Shown here: piece after piece, positions 41,264 through 51,445 of the stretch
Layout: each line of letters starts with the position of its first letter
How positions within the stretch are numbered: the stretch's first letter is position 1
Source of the DNA: a bacterium
Lineage (GTDB): Bacteria > Patescibacteriota > Dojkabacteria > JAKAPS01 > JAJZLI01
DNA: 64,000 bases
Direction: 5' to 3'
Assembly (NCBI GenBank): GCA_021791275.1
Contig: JAJYWX010000007.1
Span: forward strand, 4,918 to 68,917
The notes under the pieces: model-generated
Database searches by the model: none
Seen by the model: the letters and a program-made list of their open reading frames with translations, nothing else
Told to the model about the DNA's origin: nothing
Program-made: the position numbers and the translations under genes

Positions 41264-41650
41264 ATGAAACTTACAAAAGCACAAGATTATGCAACGCTGA
41301 TAGTATCTTATCTTGCTAAAGAAGGAAAGACTGTATCTGTAAGAAAAATTTGTAATGATCTTAATTTACCAATTCCTTTTACAAGAAGGATTTTGAATTC
41401 ACTTTCTAAATCAAAGATAGTTGAGGGGGTAGAAGGATCCGATGGAGGTTATAAAATTTTTAAAGATCCTTCATCAATAAGTATATATGATATTATTTCT
41501 TCTTTAGGTGGGGATATAAAAATTACAGAGTGTATAGATTGCAATTGTCCTTTAGAAGGTAGGTGTTTAAGCTCAAAGGTATTTAAGAATTTGAACGGAG
41601 AGATTGTTGATAAATTTATAAAAATTAAAATTAGTGATATTTTGAAATGA
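41264..41650 (+). CDS. Rrf2-family regulator (Cys-containing)
   Basis: DYA, G..GGY, CIDCNCPLEGRC. Confidence 0.9.
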   Translation: MKLTKAQDYATLIVSYLAKEGKTVSVRKICNDLNLPIPFTRRILNSLSKSKIVEGVEGSDGGYKIFKDPSSISIYDIISSLGGDIKITECIDCNCPLEGRCLSSKVFKNLNGEIVDKFIKIKISDILK

Positions 41651-42393
41651 AAAAGGAGATTTTAAAAATTAAAGATCTTTATGTATCAGTAAATGGAAAA
41701 AAGATACTCAATGGGCTAAATTTTTCTTTAAATGAGGGAGATATACAAGTAGTGATGGGACCAAATGGATCCGGGAAAAGTACTTTTGCTGAAGTTTTAA
41801 TGGGATCATTCGAGTATACTGTTGACTCTGGTGAGATTTTATTATTTCAAAAAGATATAAAAGACTTACAAAGTTATAAAAGAGCAAAAATGGGATTATT
41901 TTTAGCATTTCAGCATCCGATAGAAGTCCCTGGAGTTAATTTTGGAGCATTTCTACATTCAGCATATAAATCAATCAAGAATGAAGATATATCAATATTT
42001 GAATTTATAATAAAGCTTAAGAGAGAGGCTAAAAATTTGGGTATAGAGGAGTCTTTTATCTCAAGAAATCTTAATGAAGGACTCTCCGGTGGAGAGAAAA
42101 AAAGGATGGAGATTTTACAAATAGCTGTTCTGAAACCTAAAGTTGTAATCTTAGATGAGATTGATTCTGGCCTTGATATAGATGGAATAAAATTCGTATC
42201 AAATAGTATTAATCTTTTAAATTCTCAAGGTGTAAGCTTTATAATAATTACACATCAGAGAAAACTTTTAGACAGTATTGAAATCGATAAAGTTAACTTA
42301 ATGCATAAAGGGGCTATAGTAAAAAGTTCTGATGAAACCTTGATAAAGGACATAGAAAAAAGAGGGTATAGAGATATTTTGAAATATGAATAA
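41647..42393 (+). CDS. sufC: SufC ATPase
   Basis: GPNGSGKST, FQHPIEVPGV, LSGGEKKR, LDEIDSGLD. Confidence 0.95.
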   Translation: MKKEILKIKDLYVSVNGKKILNGLNFSLNEGDIQVVMGPNGSGKSTFAEVLMGSFEYTVDSGEILLFQKDIKDLQSYKRAKMGLFLAFQHPIEVPGVNFGAFLHSAYKSIKNEDISIFEFIIKLKREAKNLGIEESFISRNLNEGLSGGEKKRMEILQIAVLKPKVVILDEIDSGLDIDGIKFVSNSINLLNSQGVSFIIITHQRKLLDSIEIDKVNLMHKGAIVKSSDETLIKDIEKRGYRDILKYE

Positions 42394-43576
42394 AAAAGAT
42401 TTTCCAATATTTAAAAATACGAAATTTTATAACAAGGATTTAGTATATTTAGATAACGCATCTACAACACAAAAACCTCAAATTGTTATTGATGAGTATA
42501 AGAGATTTTATGAAAATTATAATGCAAATATATATAGAGGCATATACAGATTGTCTGAAGAGGCAACTGCACTTTATGAGGAATCTAGAAAAAGAGTCGC
42601 TAAATTTATAAATGCAGATTTTGAAGAAATAATCTTTACTAGGAATACAACAGAGAGCATTAATCTTTTAATCTATACTTTTGCAAAAAAAAACCTTAAA
42701 AAAGAAGATACGATACTTTTATCTGTAATGGAGCATCACTCTAATATAATACCTTGGCTAATTCTTCAAAAGGAGATTGGTTTTTCAATTGAATATCTTG
42801 ATATAGATGAGAATTTTAATCTAAAAAATTTAGAAATAATTGAGAAAATAAAACCTAAAATCATATCTCTTTGCTACATATCAAACGTATTGGGGGTTAA
42901 GAATGATATTGAAAAAGTTATAAAATTAGGCAGAAAAAACAACTCATATATAATTATAGATGCAGCACAAGCAGTATCTCATATAAGTGTAGATGTTAAA
43001 AAACTGGATTGTGATTTCTTGGTCTTTTCTGCTCATAAAATGTTAGGACCAACTGGAGTAGGGATTCTTTTTGGTAAAAAGGATATATTGGATAAAATGC
43101 CTCCTTTCTTAGGCGGAGGAGAGATGATTCTTTCAGTCTCAAAGGATGAATTTATATCTAAAGATGTTCCATATAAATTTGAGGCAGGTACTCAAAATTT
43201 CTCTGATGTTGTGGTTTTTAAAAAATCCATAGATTATTTAGAAAGTTTGGGTATGAAAAAAATAGAAAAGTATATAAAAGATTTATCTTTTTATACATAC
43301 GATAAGCTTTCGGAAGTTCCTGGTATCAAGATATATGGAAATAGGAATGAATTTGGAATATATTCTTTCTCTCTAAAAAAAATACACTCACACGATATTT
43401 CCTCTTTTCTGGATGAGGATAATATAGCTATTAGAGCGGGGCATCATTGTGCAGAGGTATTAATGAAAAATTTGAAAGTAAATTCTCTTTCAAGGGTAAG
43501 TATATATATATATAATGATGAATCAGATATAGATAAATTATCAGAATCATTAAAAAATATTTCTAAATTATTTTAA
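42386..43576 (+). CDS. sufS: SufS cysteine desulfurase
   Basis: YLDNASTTQKP, EHHSN, SAHKMLGPTG, RAGHHCA. Confidence 0.95.
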   Translation: MNKKDFPIFKNTKFYNKDLVYLDNASTTQKPQIVIDEYKRFYENYNANIYRGIYRLSEEATALYEESRKRVAKFINADFEEIIFTRNTTESINLLIYTFAKKNLKKEDTILLSVMEHHSNIIPWLILQKEIGFSIEYLDIDENFNLKNLEIIEKIKPKIISLCYISNVLGVKNDIEKVIKLGRKNNSYIIIDAAQAVSHISVDVKKLDCDFLVFSAHKMLGPTGVGILFGKKDILDKMPPFLGGGEMILSVSKDEFISKDVPYKFEAGTQNFSDVVVFKKSIDYLESLGMKKIEKYIKDLSFYTYDKLSEVPGIKIYGNRNEFGIYSFSLKKIHSHDISSFLDEDNIAIRAGHHCAEVLMKNLKVNSLSRVSIYIYNDESDIDKLSESLKNISKLF

Positions 43577-43578
43577 AT

Positions 43579-43950
43579 ATGGATAATAATCTTGTAAGAT
43601 CTTACATAATTGATATATATAATAATCCTAAAAATTATGGTTCTATTAAGGATTATGATTTTAAAAAGAAAGGATATAACGCTTTGTGTGGGGATAATAT
43701 AGAAATTTTTTTAAAAATAAAGGATGGTATGATTTCAAATATATCATTTATATCATCAGGGTGTATAATATCCAAAGTTTCTGCGAGTATTTTGACTGAC
43801 GAAGTGAAAGGTAAAAAAGTATCTGATGTAAAGAAGAATTTGAAATTTGAAGATATTAAAGATAAACTTTTGATAGAATTATCCTTATCTAGAGAAAAAT
43901 GTGCAAAACTCTCATTTGAAACATTCGAAAATTTATTAAAAGATTTATGA
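43579..43950 (+). CDS. sufU: SufU
   Basis: NALCGD, GCIIS, REKCA. Confidence 0.9.
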   Translation: MDNNLVRSYIIDIYNNPKNYGSIKDYDFKKKGYNALCGDNIEIFLKIKDGMISNISFISSGCIISKVSASILTDEVKGKKVSDVKKNLKFEDIKDKLLIELSLSREKCAKLSFETFENLLKDL

Positions 43951-44837
43951 AAAAAATACAAGATTACGATTCTATAAATTATGATTATAGGTGCTATTGG
44001 AAAGACAGGGAATATGAAAATCTATCAGAGCAGAGAATACTAAAAAAAATTTTAAAAGATAAAAATGGGATATCTTTTATCGATATAGGAGGAGCTTATG
44101 GCCGGTTAACAGATTTATATAAGGATAAATTTGAAATACCTATACTTTTTGATTATTCATTAAAAAACCTTAAAAAAGCCCAATTCGATAAAAAGGTAAT
44201 AAGAATATGCGGAGATATTTATAATATGCCTTTTAAAGATGATTCTATTCAATCTGGAATGAGTATAAGGGTGCTGCATCATATAGAAGATCCTGAATCT
44301 GCTATCAAAGAGATTGGAAGAGTAACTTCCGATTTTTTTATACTTGAGTTTGCAAATAAAAATAATTTTTTATCTTTACTTAGAAATAAATTTAATCCTA
44401 AATTTATAGATAAAGATACATATGAAATTCCTCACAAAAGTGATTCGCAAGGATATTTAAATGATCAAGTGTTTCTTAATTTCTCTCCTAATTTTATTAA
44501 AAAAACTGTTTTGAAAAACAAATTCTTTGTAAAAGGAATATATTCAGTTTCAAATTTTAGAGAAAGAAATTTAAAAAAAGTATTTCCTTTAAAATTTCTA
44601 TTATCTTTAGAAGATATTTTTAGAGGTATTTTTTCAAAAATTTATTTTGGTCCATCGATATTTCTTTATTTAGAAAAAAGAGATAAAAAAAATAAAAGCT
44701 ATAAAAGATTAGAAGATATTCTGATTTGTATTAAATGTAAGGGTGAATTAAAAGAAGGGAAATGTAATAAGTGCAAAATTAATTATTTAGACAAATCAGG
44801 CATTTTTAATTTTAGATCTCCTCTTAAGATAGATTAA
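43947..44837 (+). CDS. Class I SAM methyltransferase with C-terminal CxxC..CxxC Zn ribbon
   Basis: IDIGGAYG, GD..NMPF, RVLHH; CIKC...CNKC. Confidence 0.85.
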   Translation: MKKIQDYDSINYDYRCYWKDREYENLSEQRILKKILKDKNGISFIDIGGAYGRLTDLYKDKFEIPILFDYSLKNLKKAQFDKKVIRICGDIYNMPFKDDSIQSGMSIRVLHHIEDPESAIKEIGRVTSDFFILEFANKNNFLSLLRNKFNPKFIDKDTYEIPHKSDSQGYLNDQVFLNFSPNFIKKTVLKNKFFVKGIYSVSNFRERNLKKVFPLKFLLSLEDIFRGIFSKIYFGPSIFLYLEKRDKKNKSYKRLEDILICIKCKGELKEGKCNKCKINYLDKSGIFNFRSPLKID

Positions 44838-45683
44838 AATAATAATAAGAATTATTATAAAAAGAGCTATTAGATAGATATAGTAAGGAAGGTTTATTAT
44901 AAAAAAGCTTCTGTTTATATCATAGCTATTCCCTATATTTCTTATATCTATTTTTACGTTATATATACCCCAAGGTATCTTAGGTATATAAAAATTTTTA
45001 TCTCGCACCTGTTTTACTAAAACATTTACCAATTGTTCGTTTATTGTTTTTTGATAGAATATCGAATTTATGCTTATTGTTGGAACATATGCATTATTAT
45101 ATGGACCAGGATTTTTAACTGTATATGGTATTGAAATAGGAGTTGAGTTTATAAAAAAATTCGGATTATTAAAGTTGAAAATTAAATTTGAATACCCTTT
45201 ATTTTTTCCTCTTATATTTACAAAAATATTTAAAACTATAGTTCCATTTACTTGACTCTGATGATCTTTTCCTTTTGTTACATTTGATATGAGGAGTGCT
45301 CCATTGTATGATCCGTAGGGGTCATTTTTAGGTACATTTATAGTTACGGGTATATTTATTGTGGTTTGTGGTGAAAGTGTAAAACTTCCATTTGTAAATG
45401 TTATCCAATTTTGTATATTTAATATAGAATTATTATTTATGTATAAAAGTTTTTTGTGATTATAGAAAATTCCAGTTTTTTCAATTTTTATACTTACTGG
45501 TATTTTTGATTCATTAAAAATAGATATATCCTCTTTATATTTTGACCCTCCTTTCCCTGTAAGTGATATATATGCGGGTGTTACCCTTATTGTTTCTTCA
45601 TTTTTTGCGAATAAGGTATTTTTTTGAAAAAGTATAAACGATATTAATAAAAAAAATGTAATTGTATATAAAAATTTTTTCAT
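44796..45683 (-). CDS. DUF916/WxL-interacting-like (PapD-like) exported protein with C-terminal TM, partner 3
   Basis: Signal; IRVTPAY, NWITF...VPKNDPYGSYNG; C-terminal TM + KRR. Confidence 0.65.
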   Translation of the reverse strand: MKKFLYTITFFLLISFILFQKNTLFAKNEETIRVTPAYISLTGKGGSKYKEDISIFNESKIPVSIKIEKTGIFYNHKKLLYINNNSILNIQNWITFTNGSFTLSPQTTINIPVTINVPKNDPYGSYNGALLISNVTKGKDHQSQVNGTIVLNIFVNIRGKNKGYSNLIFNFNNPNFFINSTPISIPYTVKNPGPYNNAYVPTISINSIFYQKTINEQLVNVLVKQVRDKNFYIPKIPWGIYNVKIDIRNIGNSYDINRSFFIINLPYYIYLIALFIIILIIILIYLKRRSKIKNA

Positions 45684-45685
45684 CC

Positions 45686-47803
45686 CTAGTAATCTCCAGA
45701 TACTGTATATGTAATAGTATTTGTATAATATCCTTCTGTTTGTGTTGCAGGTATATTTAGTGCATACCCAACAGTTATTGTTTGATTATTTGCAATTGAT
45801 GAGTATGAAGCAAATTCAGTCGGGGTATCTGAGAATTGTCTGTAATAAGATGGATTTATAAAGTCAGAATTACAATAAGAAAGGGTAGAGGATGGAGCCG
45901 AATTATAAAGATTGCTAATTTGGCTTGCGGTTAGAGCAGTATTGAATAGGGCTACATCTGCTATATCTCCATTAAAATAAAACCATCCCCCATTTGCATT
46001 AGGCCAACTACCAGCAGTATCCACAGTTCCTATAGATTCATACATATTATTTTGTGTTTGTATTGTTCCTGATGCAGTACCGACTAATGAACCATCTAAA
46101 TAAAGTGATTGTGTACTCCCGTCAGCCACAATAACAGCGTTATGCCAAACTCCATTATTAACAGGGGATGAAGAATTTATTGTATCTGGGGTATTATTGT
46201 AATATAACCCTTGTAATAACCCCGTAGTACCTACATATAGAGCTGGTGAATGAGAACTCCCACCGGATGTCGGTGGTGTACCAGCAACACCCCACAATCC
46301 ACCATCTGATGTGGTTTTAAACCATAATGATACCGTAGATACTGTAGATATTGATTGATTATTTAAATTATTAGGAGGTTGTATGTACGAGTTACCATTA
46401 AAATAAGTATACTTTATTCCATTACTAATTGATCCATTTGTACTAAGTTGGGGAGTTGAGTTATATATAGCATTATTATTATTTCCAGAATGGTCCAGTA
46501 CAAATTTAGGAGTTGTAAAATTTTCCATTGTCCAAAAACCTTCTGGAGATAAAGAAAGTATTGCAGAATTATATGTACTCTGAGACGTAGTATCTGAATA
46601 AAGACTACTTATCTGAGATGAGGTTAGTGCCGTATTAAATATTGATACATCTGCTATATCTCCATTAAAATAAAACCACCCATAATTGGAGGTTTCTCCA
46701 TTTGAAAAACCAGATGTATTAACTACTCCAATAGTGTTATAAGGCATGCTTGATGCGTCTATTGTTCCTGAGAGTGTGCCTACTAATGTTCCATCTAAAT
46801 ATATTGATTGGGTATTTCCATCTTCTACAATAACTGCATTATGCCAAACCCCATTATTAACAGTAGAGGAGGAATTTATGGTTGTAAAAGAGCCATTATA
46901 ATATAAGCCTTGAAGAAGTCCGGTTGTTCCAACATAGAGGGCAGGAGCATGGTTGTTAATTGTAGATTCACCAGGGAGTGCATCTTCTGCTCCCCACAAT
47001 CCACCATCTGATGTAGTGTTAAACCATAATGATACCGTAGATACTGTAGATATCGATTGATTATTTAAATTGTTTGGAGGTTCAACGTACGAATTACCAT
47101 TAAATATCATTGAGGTAGAGTTGCCTATTGGAGCACTATTAACTGGATATGCCTGATATATAGTTGCAGTATTACCGTTGTTAGAAGAGTCTTGTATTTC
47201 TTCTGTTGTGTATTGTCCTCCTAAATACCATAAACCTATAGGAGAAAGAGCTAAAGCCGCAGATCCATAAGCAGAGCAGTTATATCCCAATCCTGTATAT
47301 GAGATAGACGTATAAGGCTGTGCACTTGTTGTTGTAGCTCCATTATTAACTGGAGGTATTGTATATGATGTATTTGGGATAGTAAGGTTGTTATTTTGAT
47401 TAACATATAAATTATATCCACTCTCTGCATTAGAAGAAATTGTTATTATTGTATTAATAGGAGATTTATATATGGATCCAGGCAAAATATTACCTAAATA
47501 TATAGAGTTAGTATTGAGTGTCATTGTGATTGAAGGTACCGATTGTCCAGAATAATACTCATACCCGGATTTCAATATAAAATTTGTGGATTGAGATACC
47601 CCAGTGACTAATTGTCCTAGTGCACCTTTCTCTTTAAAATTCGTGGATTGGGTATATGGTCCTGCTTCAGCAAAAATGGGATCTCTTAAAATATAGCTTG
47701 CAGAAGTATAGTTATTTACAACTTGTGCATGTAATATTTTTGAAAAATAAATCATACACAATATTAGTATTAGAATTATAATTCCTATTTTTTTCTTTTC
47801 CAT
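45686..47803 (-). CDS. WxL/Csu-like surface subunit carrying two LamG domains
   Basis: Signal; two TVSLWF..WHNAV..YLDG..F.GDIADV repeats; C-terminal EGYYTNTITYTVSGDY. Confidence 0.75.
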   Translation of the reverse strand: MEKKKIGIIILILILCMIYFSKILHAQVVNNYTSASYILRDPIFAEAGPYTQSTNFKEKGALGQLVTGVSQSTNFILKSGYEYYSGQSVPSITMTLNTNSIYLGNILPGSIYKSPINTIITISSNAESGYNLYVNQNNNLTIPNTSYTIPPVNNGATTTSAQPYTSISYTGLGYNCSAYGSAALALSPIGLWYLGGQYTTEEIQDSSNNGNTATIYQAYPVNSAPIGNSTSMIFNGNSYVEPPNNLNNQSISTVSTVSLWFNTTSDGGLWGAEDALPGESTINNHAPALYVGTTGLLQGLYYNGSFTTINSSSTVNNGVWHNAVIVEDGNTQSIYLDGTLVGTLSGTIDASSMPYNTIGVVNTSGFSNGETSNYGWFYFNGDIADVSIFNTALTSSQISSLYSDTTSQSTYNSAILSLSPEGFWTMENFTTPKFVLDHSGNNNNAIYNSTPQLSTNGSISNGIKYTYFNGNSYIQPPNNLNNQSISTVSTVSLWFKTTSDGGLWGVAGTPPTSGGSSHSPALYVGTTGLLQGLYYNNTPDTINSSSPVNNGVWHNAVIVADGSTQSLYLDGSLVGTASGTIQTQNNMYESIGTVDTAGSWPNANGGWFYFNGDIADVALFNTALTASQISNLYNSAPSSTLSYCNSDFINPSYYRQFSDTPTEFASYSSIANNQTITVGYALNIPATQTEGYYTNTITYTVSGDY
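46290..47104. repeat. Near-identical DNA blocks of the two LamG domains (46290-46400 vs 46992-47104; 702-bp period)
   Basis: ccccacaatccaccatctgatgt...aaaccataatgataccgtagatactgtagatat shared. Confidence 0.85.
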
Positions 47804-48681
47804 ACAACCTTTATTATATAGATAATTGCAAAAATTATTAAGAGTAATATTATAATAATATATATTGGTGATATAACAAAGAAATTAGCATAATTATTTA
47901 AGTTATATACCTTATTTCCATACCTATAACTAATTATAAGCTGTGAGCTAAAATATCCAAATTGGTTAAAGAAATTATTATCTTGCCAATTTTTTTGATA
48001 AAGTCTTGTAGCATCTGTAAGTGTTAATGATTCTCTTTTATTAATAGGCAAAATTTTCACGGTTTGTCCAAATATATTTCTTATAATAATAAATCCCGAT
48101 GGTGCCAAGTAAACATTTCCCCTATTTTGGAAGAAAAGTTGAAAATTTATATTGGGATTTATATTAATATATTTTGTAGGACTAAATTTTTCGATATTTC
48201 CTAATGCCTCTATTTTTCCGCTTACATTTATTATAAGGAGAGATCTTAAAGATTCTATAATATTTTTATTTATAGTATTAACCGATATTGCAATATAGTG
48301 AGAGCCTGGAGATGCTAAAGATGGGATATTTAGTGTAAAATATATCTTTGTTTTTTCACCTCCATTTAATATTTGATTTTTAGAGATTTTTATCCAATGT
48401 ATGGCTTGTGATAAATTATTTATCTTCTGTGAGAATAAAGGGGATGCAGTATCGCCCTTTTCTCTAAATGAGTCTACGGATAAATATACTTTTTTATTTT
48501 CTTGGGATCTATTTAAAACCTCTATAAAGCTTTTATAAGAAGATTTTGGATTAACATTTATGATTTTTAATGGAGGAGTTATTGTCAGATATGAATTATA
48601 TCCGGAGGATGCAAATATTTTTGTATGTAATAAAAATATTAAAGGTATAGACAGTATTAATATTAAATAAAATTTCCTCAT
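47785..48681 (-). CDS. DUF916/WxL-interacting-like exported protein with C-terminal TM, partner 2
   Basis: LTITPP, WIKI..IPSLASPGSHY, N.GNVYL.P.G, IRNIFG; TM. Confidence 0.7.
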   Translation of the reverse strand: MRKFYLILILSIPLIFLLHTKIFASSGYNSYLTITPPLKIINVNPKSSYKSFIEVLNRSQENKKVYLSVDSFREKGDTASPLFSQKINNLSQAIHWIKISKNQILNGGEKTKIYFTLNIPSLASPGSHYIAISVNTINKNIIESLRSLLIINVSGKIEALGNIEKFSPTKYININPNINFQLFFQNRGNVYLAPSGFIIIRNIFGQTVKILPINKRESLTLTDATRLYQKNWQDNNFFNQFGYFSSQLIISYRYGNKVYNLNNYANFFVISPIYIIIILLLIIFAIIYIIKVVWKRKK

Positions 48682-50507
48682 TAAAAATTTCCAGTGGCTA
48701 TATAAGTTACATTATCTATATATTCTCCCGCGGGTGTCGTAACAGATGCAGATGCAATATAATTTACTGCGACTGTTGCGTTTTGCTCTGGCAGGCTTGT
48801 TTGGGCAAGTATTTGTGTCTGAGTATTCAAAAGTCCTCCGACCGAAAATCCTGAAGAGTTAAAAGGGGACAATATATTTATATTTGTTCCTGTTGCATTA
48901 ATACCATAATTTTGATTACCATTTGTGATTGTTCCAGTAGATGATTTAATTACATATTGATTAGAAGAATTTACAACATAAGATGATAGGGTCACCGTAG
49001 GTTCTGGATTTGAGTATGGTCTTGCGATAATATTATCCCAGTAAGTTACTCCAGTACCAGCATCCCCAACTAACCCAATATATCCTCCATTATTAGTTAC
49101 AGTATAGGTTCCAATGAAAGTTCCAAAGTTGTTAGGATTGTCTCCTGTAGTAGTGTTATAGTATAAAGATGCTTGCGATCCTGCCATGATAATTGAGAAT
49201 TTATACCAAGTATTCGTTGTAAGATAGGTACTTGATGATGGAGCATTCCAATTTGTCCAAGAGGAAGTTGTTGCAAATCCTGAAGGGGATCCTCCTCTTC
49301 CATCTAGCCTGAACATCTGTCCTGCACCAGAGGAGTTTGTTAAAAAGAAAAAATCTCCCAATACAGAGGTATTTACATTAAATGTAATAACTTCATTTTC
49401 TGATACATTTGCATTTATATACATATAGTCTCCAGTACTTCCATCAGCATAATAAGATGGCGCAGGATTCCCTACAGTAGTACTTTGTCCTGCAGTTCCA
49501 GATATTGTCCAATTTGCTATGCTATTTCCTTGGTCAAAATATGGGAATACACTGTTACCAGATGATAAAGATGGCAAATTTAAATTTCCATAATAAAGAT
49601 CGATGTTAATATTGGATGATGCAGGAATGGAAGGTATTTTGACCCATATTTCAGTATTAGTAGTATTGCAATTATTTACCCAATAAGAGAGTTCATTTCC
49701 AGAGGAATCAGTTATACGTATATCTCCACAGGTATTTTCCATCTGCCCAGATGCAATTAATTGTTGAGTATTCATGGTTACCTCTACTGGATAATTTGTG
49801 AGAGTATTTGTATTGGAGCTATTGTTTATTGTTATGGATTGATAATATATATCATTTCCGGGGAACGGTAGTAGGAGTAATCCTCCGTATTCATCCTCAA
49901 CTGATATATTTGCCCCATTTTGAGAATTTGTTGTTAGAGATAATGAATTACTTTGTTCTACAGGGCTTTGATATGAAATTAATCCTAAATCTATATTATT
50001 AGAGCTAACACCAAAGGTTATATATGGTTGAACATTAACTGATAATTGTACACTTGAGGAGGACAAGATCACAACACCTACTCCAGCTGTGTCTCCAGAG
50101 GAGTCAGACACGTCTATAATATACTGATTGGTATCAGTTGATGGGCTAGAAGGATTAACTGCGTAGATGCCATCTATATTTACTTGAAATCCAGGATTTT
50201 CTGCCGAAGTTGTTGTTGTTATAGTTACGGTATTTCCTGAAACTGAAAATGTAGATCCTGATAGATTTGATGTTGCAGAAGTGGTAGACACAGAAGAGAA
50301 AGAAGGTGGGAATGTTATCGTTACTGATCCATCTGCGGGGATTCCAGAGGAGGCAGTAAATATAATATTATTGTTGCTTGTTTGAGATACAAGGCTATTT
50401 GACATTATATCCTCTATTGGGGTAAGTCTAGCTGCATATACTTTAAATAGAATTGGAATTGCAATAAAAAATATAACAAGGAATATTGCAAAAGATATCT
50501 TTTTCAT
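48681..50507 (-). CDS. WxL/Csu-like surface subunit with inserted DUF2341 domain
   Basis: DIRITD..LSYW..IWVKIP..YYGN (DUF2341); C-terminal TPAGEYIDNVTYIATGNF. Confidence 0.75.
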   Translation of the reverse strand: MKKISFAIFLVIFFIAIPILFKVYAARLTPIEDIMSNSLVSQTSNNNIIFTASSGIPADGSVTITFPPSFSSVSTTSATSNLSGSTFSVSGNTVTITTTTSAENPGFQVNIDGIYAVNPSSPSTDTNQYIIDVSDSSGDTAGVGVVILSSSSVQLSVNVQPYITFGVSSNNIDLGLISYQSPVEQSNSLSLTTNSQNGANISVEDEYGGLLLLPFPGNDIYYQSITINNSSNTNTLTNYPVEVTMNTQQLIASGQMENTCGDIRITDSSGNELSYWVNNCNTTNTEIWVKIPSIPASSNINIDLYYGNLNLPSLSSGNSVFPYFDQGNSIANWTISGTAGQSTTVGNPAPSYYADGSTGDYMYINANVSENEVITFNVNTSVLGDFFFLTNSSGAGQMFRLDGRGGSPSGFATTSSWTNWNAPSSSTYLTTNTWYKFSIIMAGSQASLYYNTTTGDNPNNFGTFIGTYTVTNNGGYIGLVGDAGTGVTYWDNIIARPYSNPEPTVTLSSYVVNSSNQYVIKSSTGTITNGNQNYGINATGTNINILSPFNSSGFSVGGLLNTQTQILAQTSLPEQNATVAVNYIASASVTTPAGEYIDNVTYIATGNF

Positions 50508-50513
50508 ATATTT

Positions 50514-50541
50514 ATTATATTATAGTAGCCTTTATTGTCAA
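50514..50541 (-). promoter_or_regulatory. Sigma70 promoter TTGACA-16-TATAAT, 6 nt before ATG 50507
   Basis: Consensus hexamers on the minus strand. Confidence 0.6.
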
Positions 50542-50569
50542 ATATTTTACTTTATCTTAATATGGAGGT

Positions 50570-51358
50570 ATGTATAAAATTTTTCTGTCTCTGATCTTTT
50601 TATCTATTCTTGTATCTCCGGTATATGCAGATTCGAGTGTGTCTCAATATTATCCTAGTTTAGTAAATAATATAAAAAATGGCGATATAGTTTCAGTTGG
50701 AGGAAATAATATAGTATTGGGTGTTTATCCAACAGCGGTTTCTAATAGTAACAATATATTGGGGGTTATAGATGAAAGTTCAAATATAGTAGTTGGTATA
50801 AAAAATAATTATAGCTATCCCGTTGTATCTTCAGGTATTGTTCAAGTATTGGTGTCAAATATTAACGGCGATATTTATAAGGGGGATTATATTACATCGT
50901 CTGATATACCTGGGGTTGGAGAAAAAAATACCCAAAATGGAGAAATATTAGGAAAAAGCTTATCCAATTTCTCTTATAAAAAATATCTATATAAAAAAGA
51001 TGTAAAAGTTAATGGGCAAAATAAGGTGGTGTTGGTTGAATATATTCCAGTAATTCTTGGTATCACATATTATTCAAACAATAATAATTTTACGGGAATT
51101 CTAATATCGGTTGGACGTGATATATCTGGTAAAAACGTACCATTCTTTAACCTTATTATGGCTATAGTAGTAGTTCTTGCGGGGTTAATAACTTTAATAT
51201 ATGGTATAGGTGTATCTTTAAAACACTCACTTTTAGGTATATCTAGAAATCCTTTGTCAAAAAATTCAGTTCAGAAGAATTTATTATTTATAATAACTTC
51301 CTTGGTGTTTATTTTTATAGTAACACTTGTTATAGGGTATTTAATATTAATTCTTTAA
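50570..51358 (+). CDS. Exported beta-domain + c-subunit-like TM hairpin (SRNPL), paralog 1
   Basis: Signal; GDYITSSDIPGVG; TM-ISRNPLS-TM. Confidence 0.65.
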   Translation: MYKIFLSLIFLSILVSPVYADSSVSQYYPSLVNNIKNGDIVSVGGNNIVLGVYPTAVSNSNNILGVIDESSNIVVGIKNNYSYPVVSSGIVQVLVSNINGDIYKGDYITSSDIPGVGEKNTQNGEILGKSLSNFSYKKYLYKKDVKVNGQNKVVLVEYIPVILGITYYSNNNNFTGILISVGRDISGKNVPFFNLIMAIVVVLAGLITLIYGIGVSLKHSLLGISRNPLSKNSVQKNLLFIITSLVFIFIVTLVIGYLILIL

Positions 51359-51399
51359 TTTCTAAATATTTAATTATAATAAAGTGGAGATAAGATGTA

Positions 51400-51428
51400 T
51401 TGACAAAAATATTTAAATAGAATACATT
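51400..51428 (+). promoter_or_regulatory. Sigma70 promoter TTGACA-17-TACATT upstream of the putative major subunit
   Basis: Consensus -35 and TAnnnT -10. Confidence 0.55.
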
Positions 51429-51445
51429 GAAAATAAATAATATTT

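Noticed and set aside
45950-47104. Diversity-generating retroelement TR/VR pair
   Set aside because: Both repeats are in-frame protein domains, the differences are not adenine-specific, and no reverse transcriptase is in the window.
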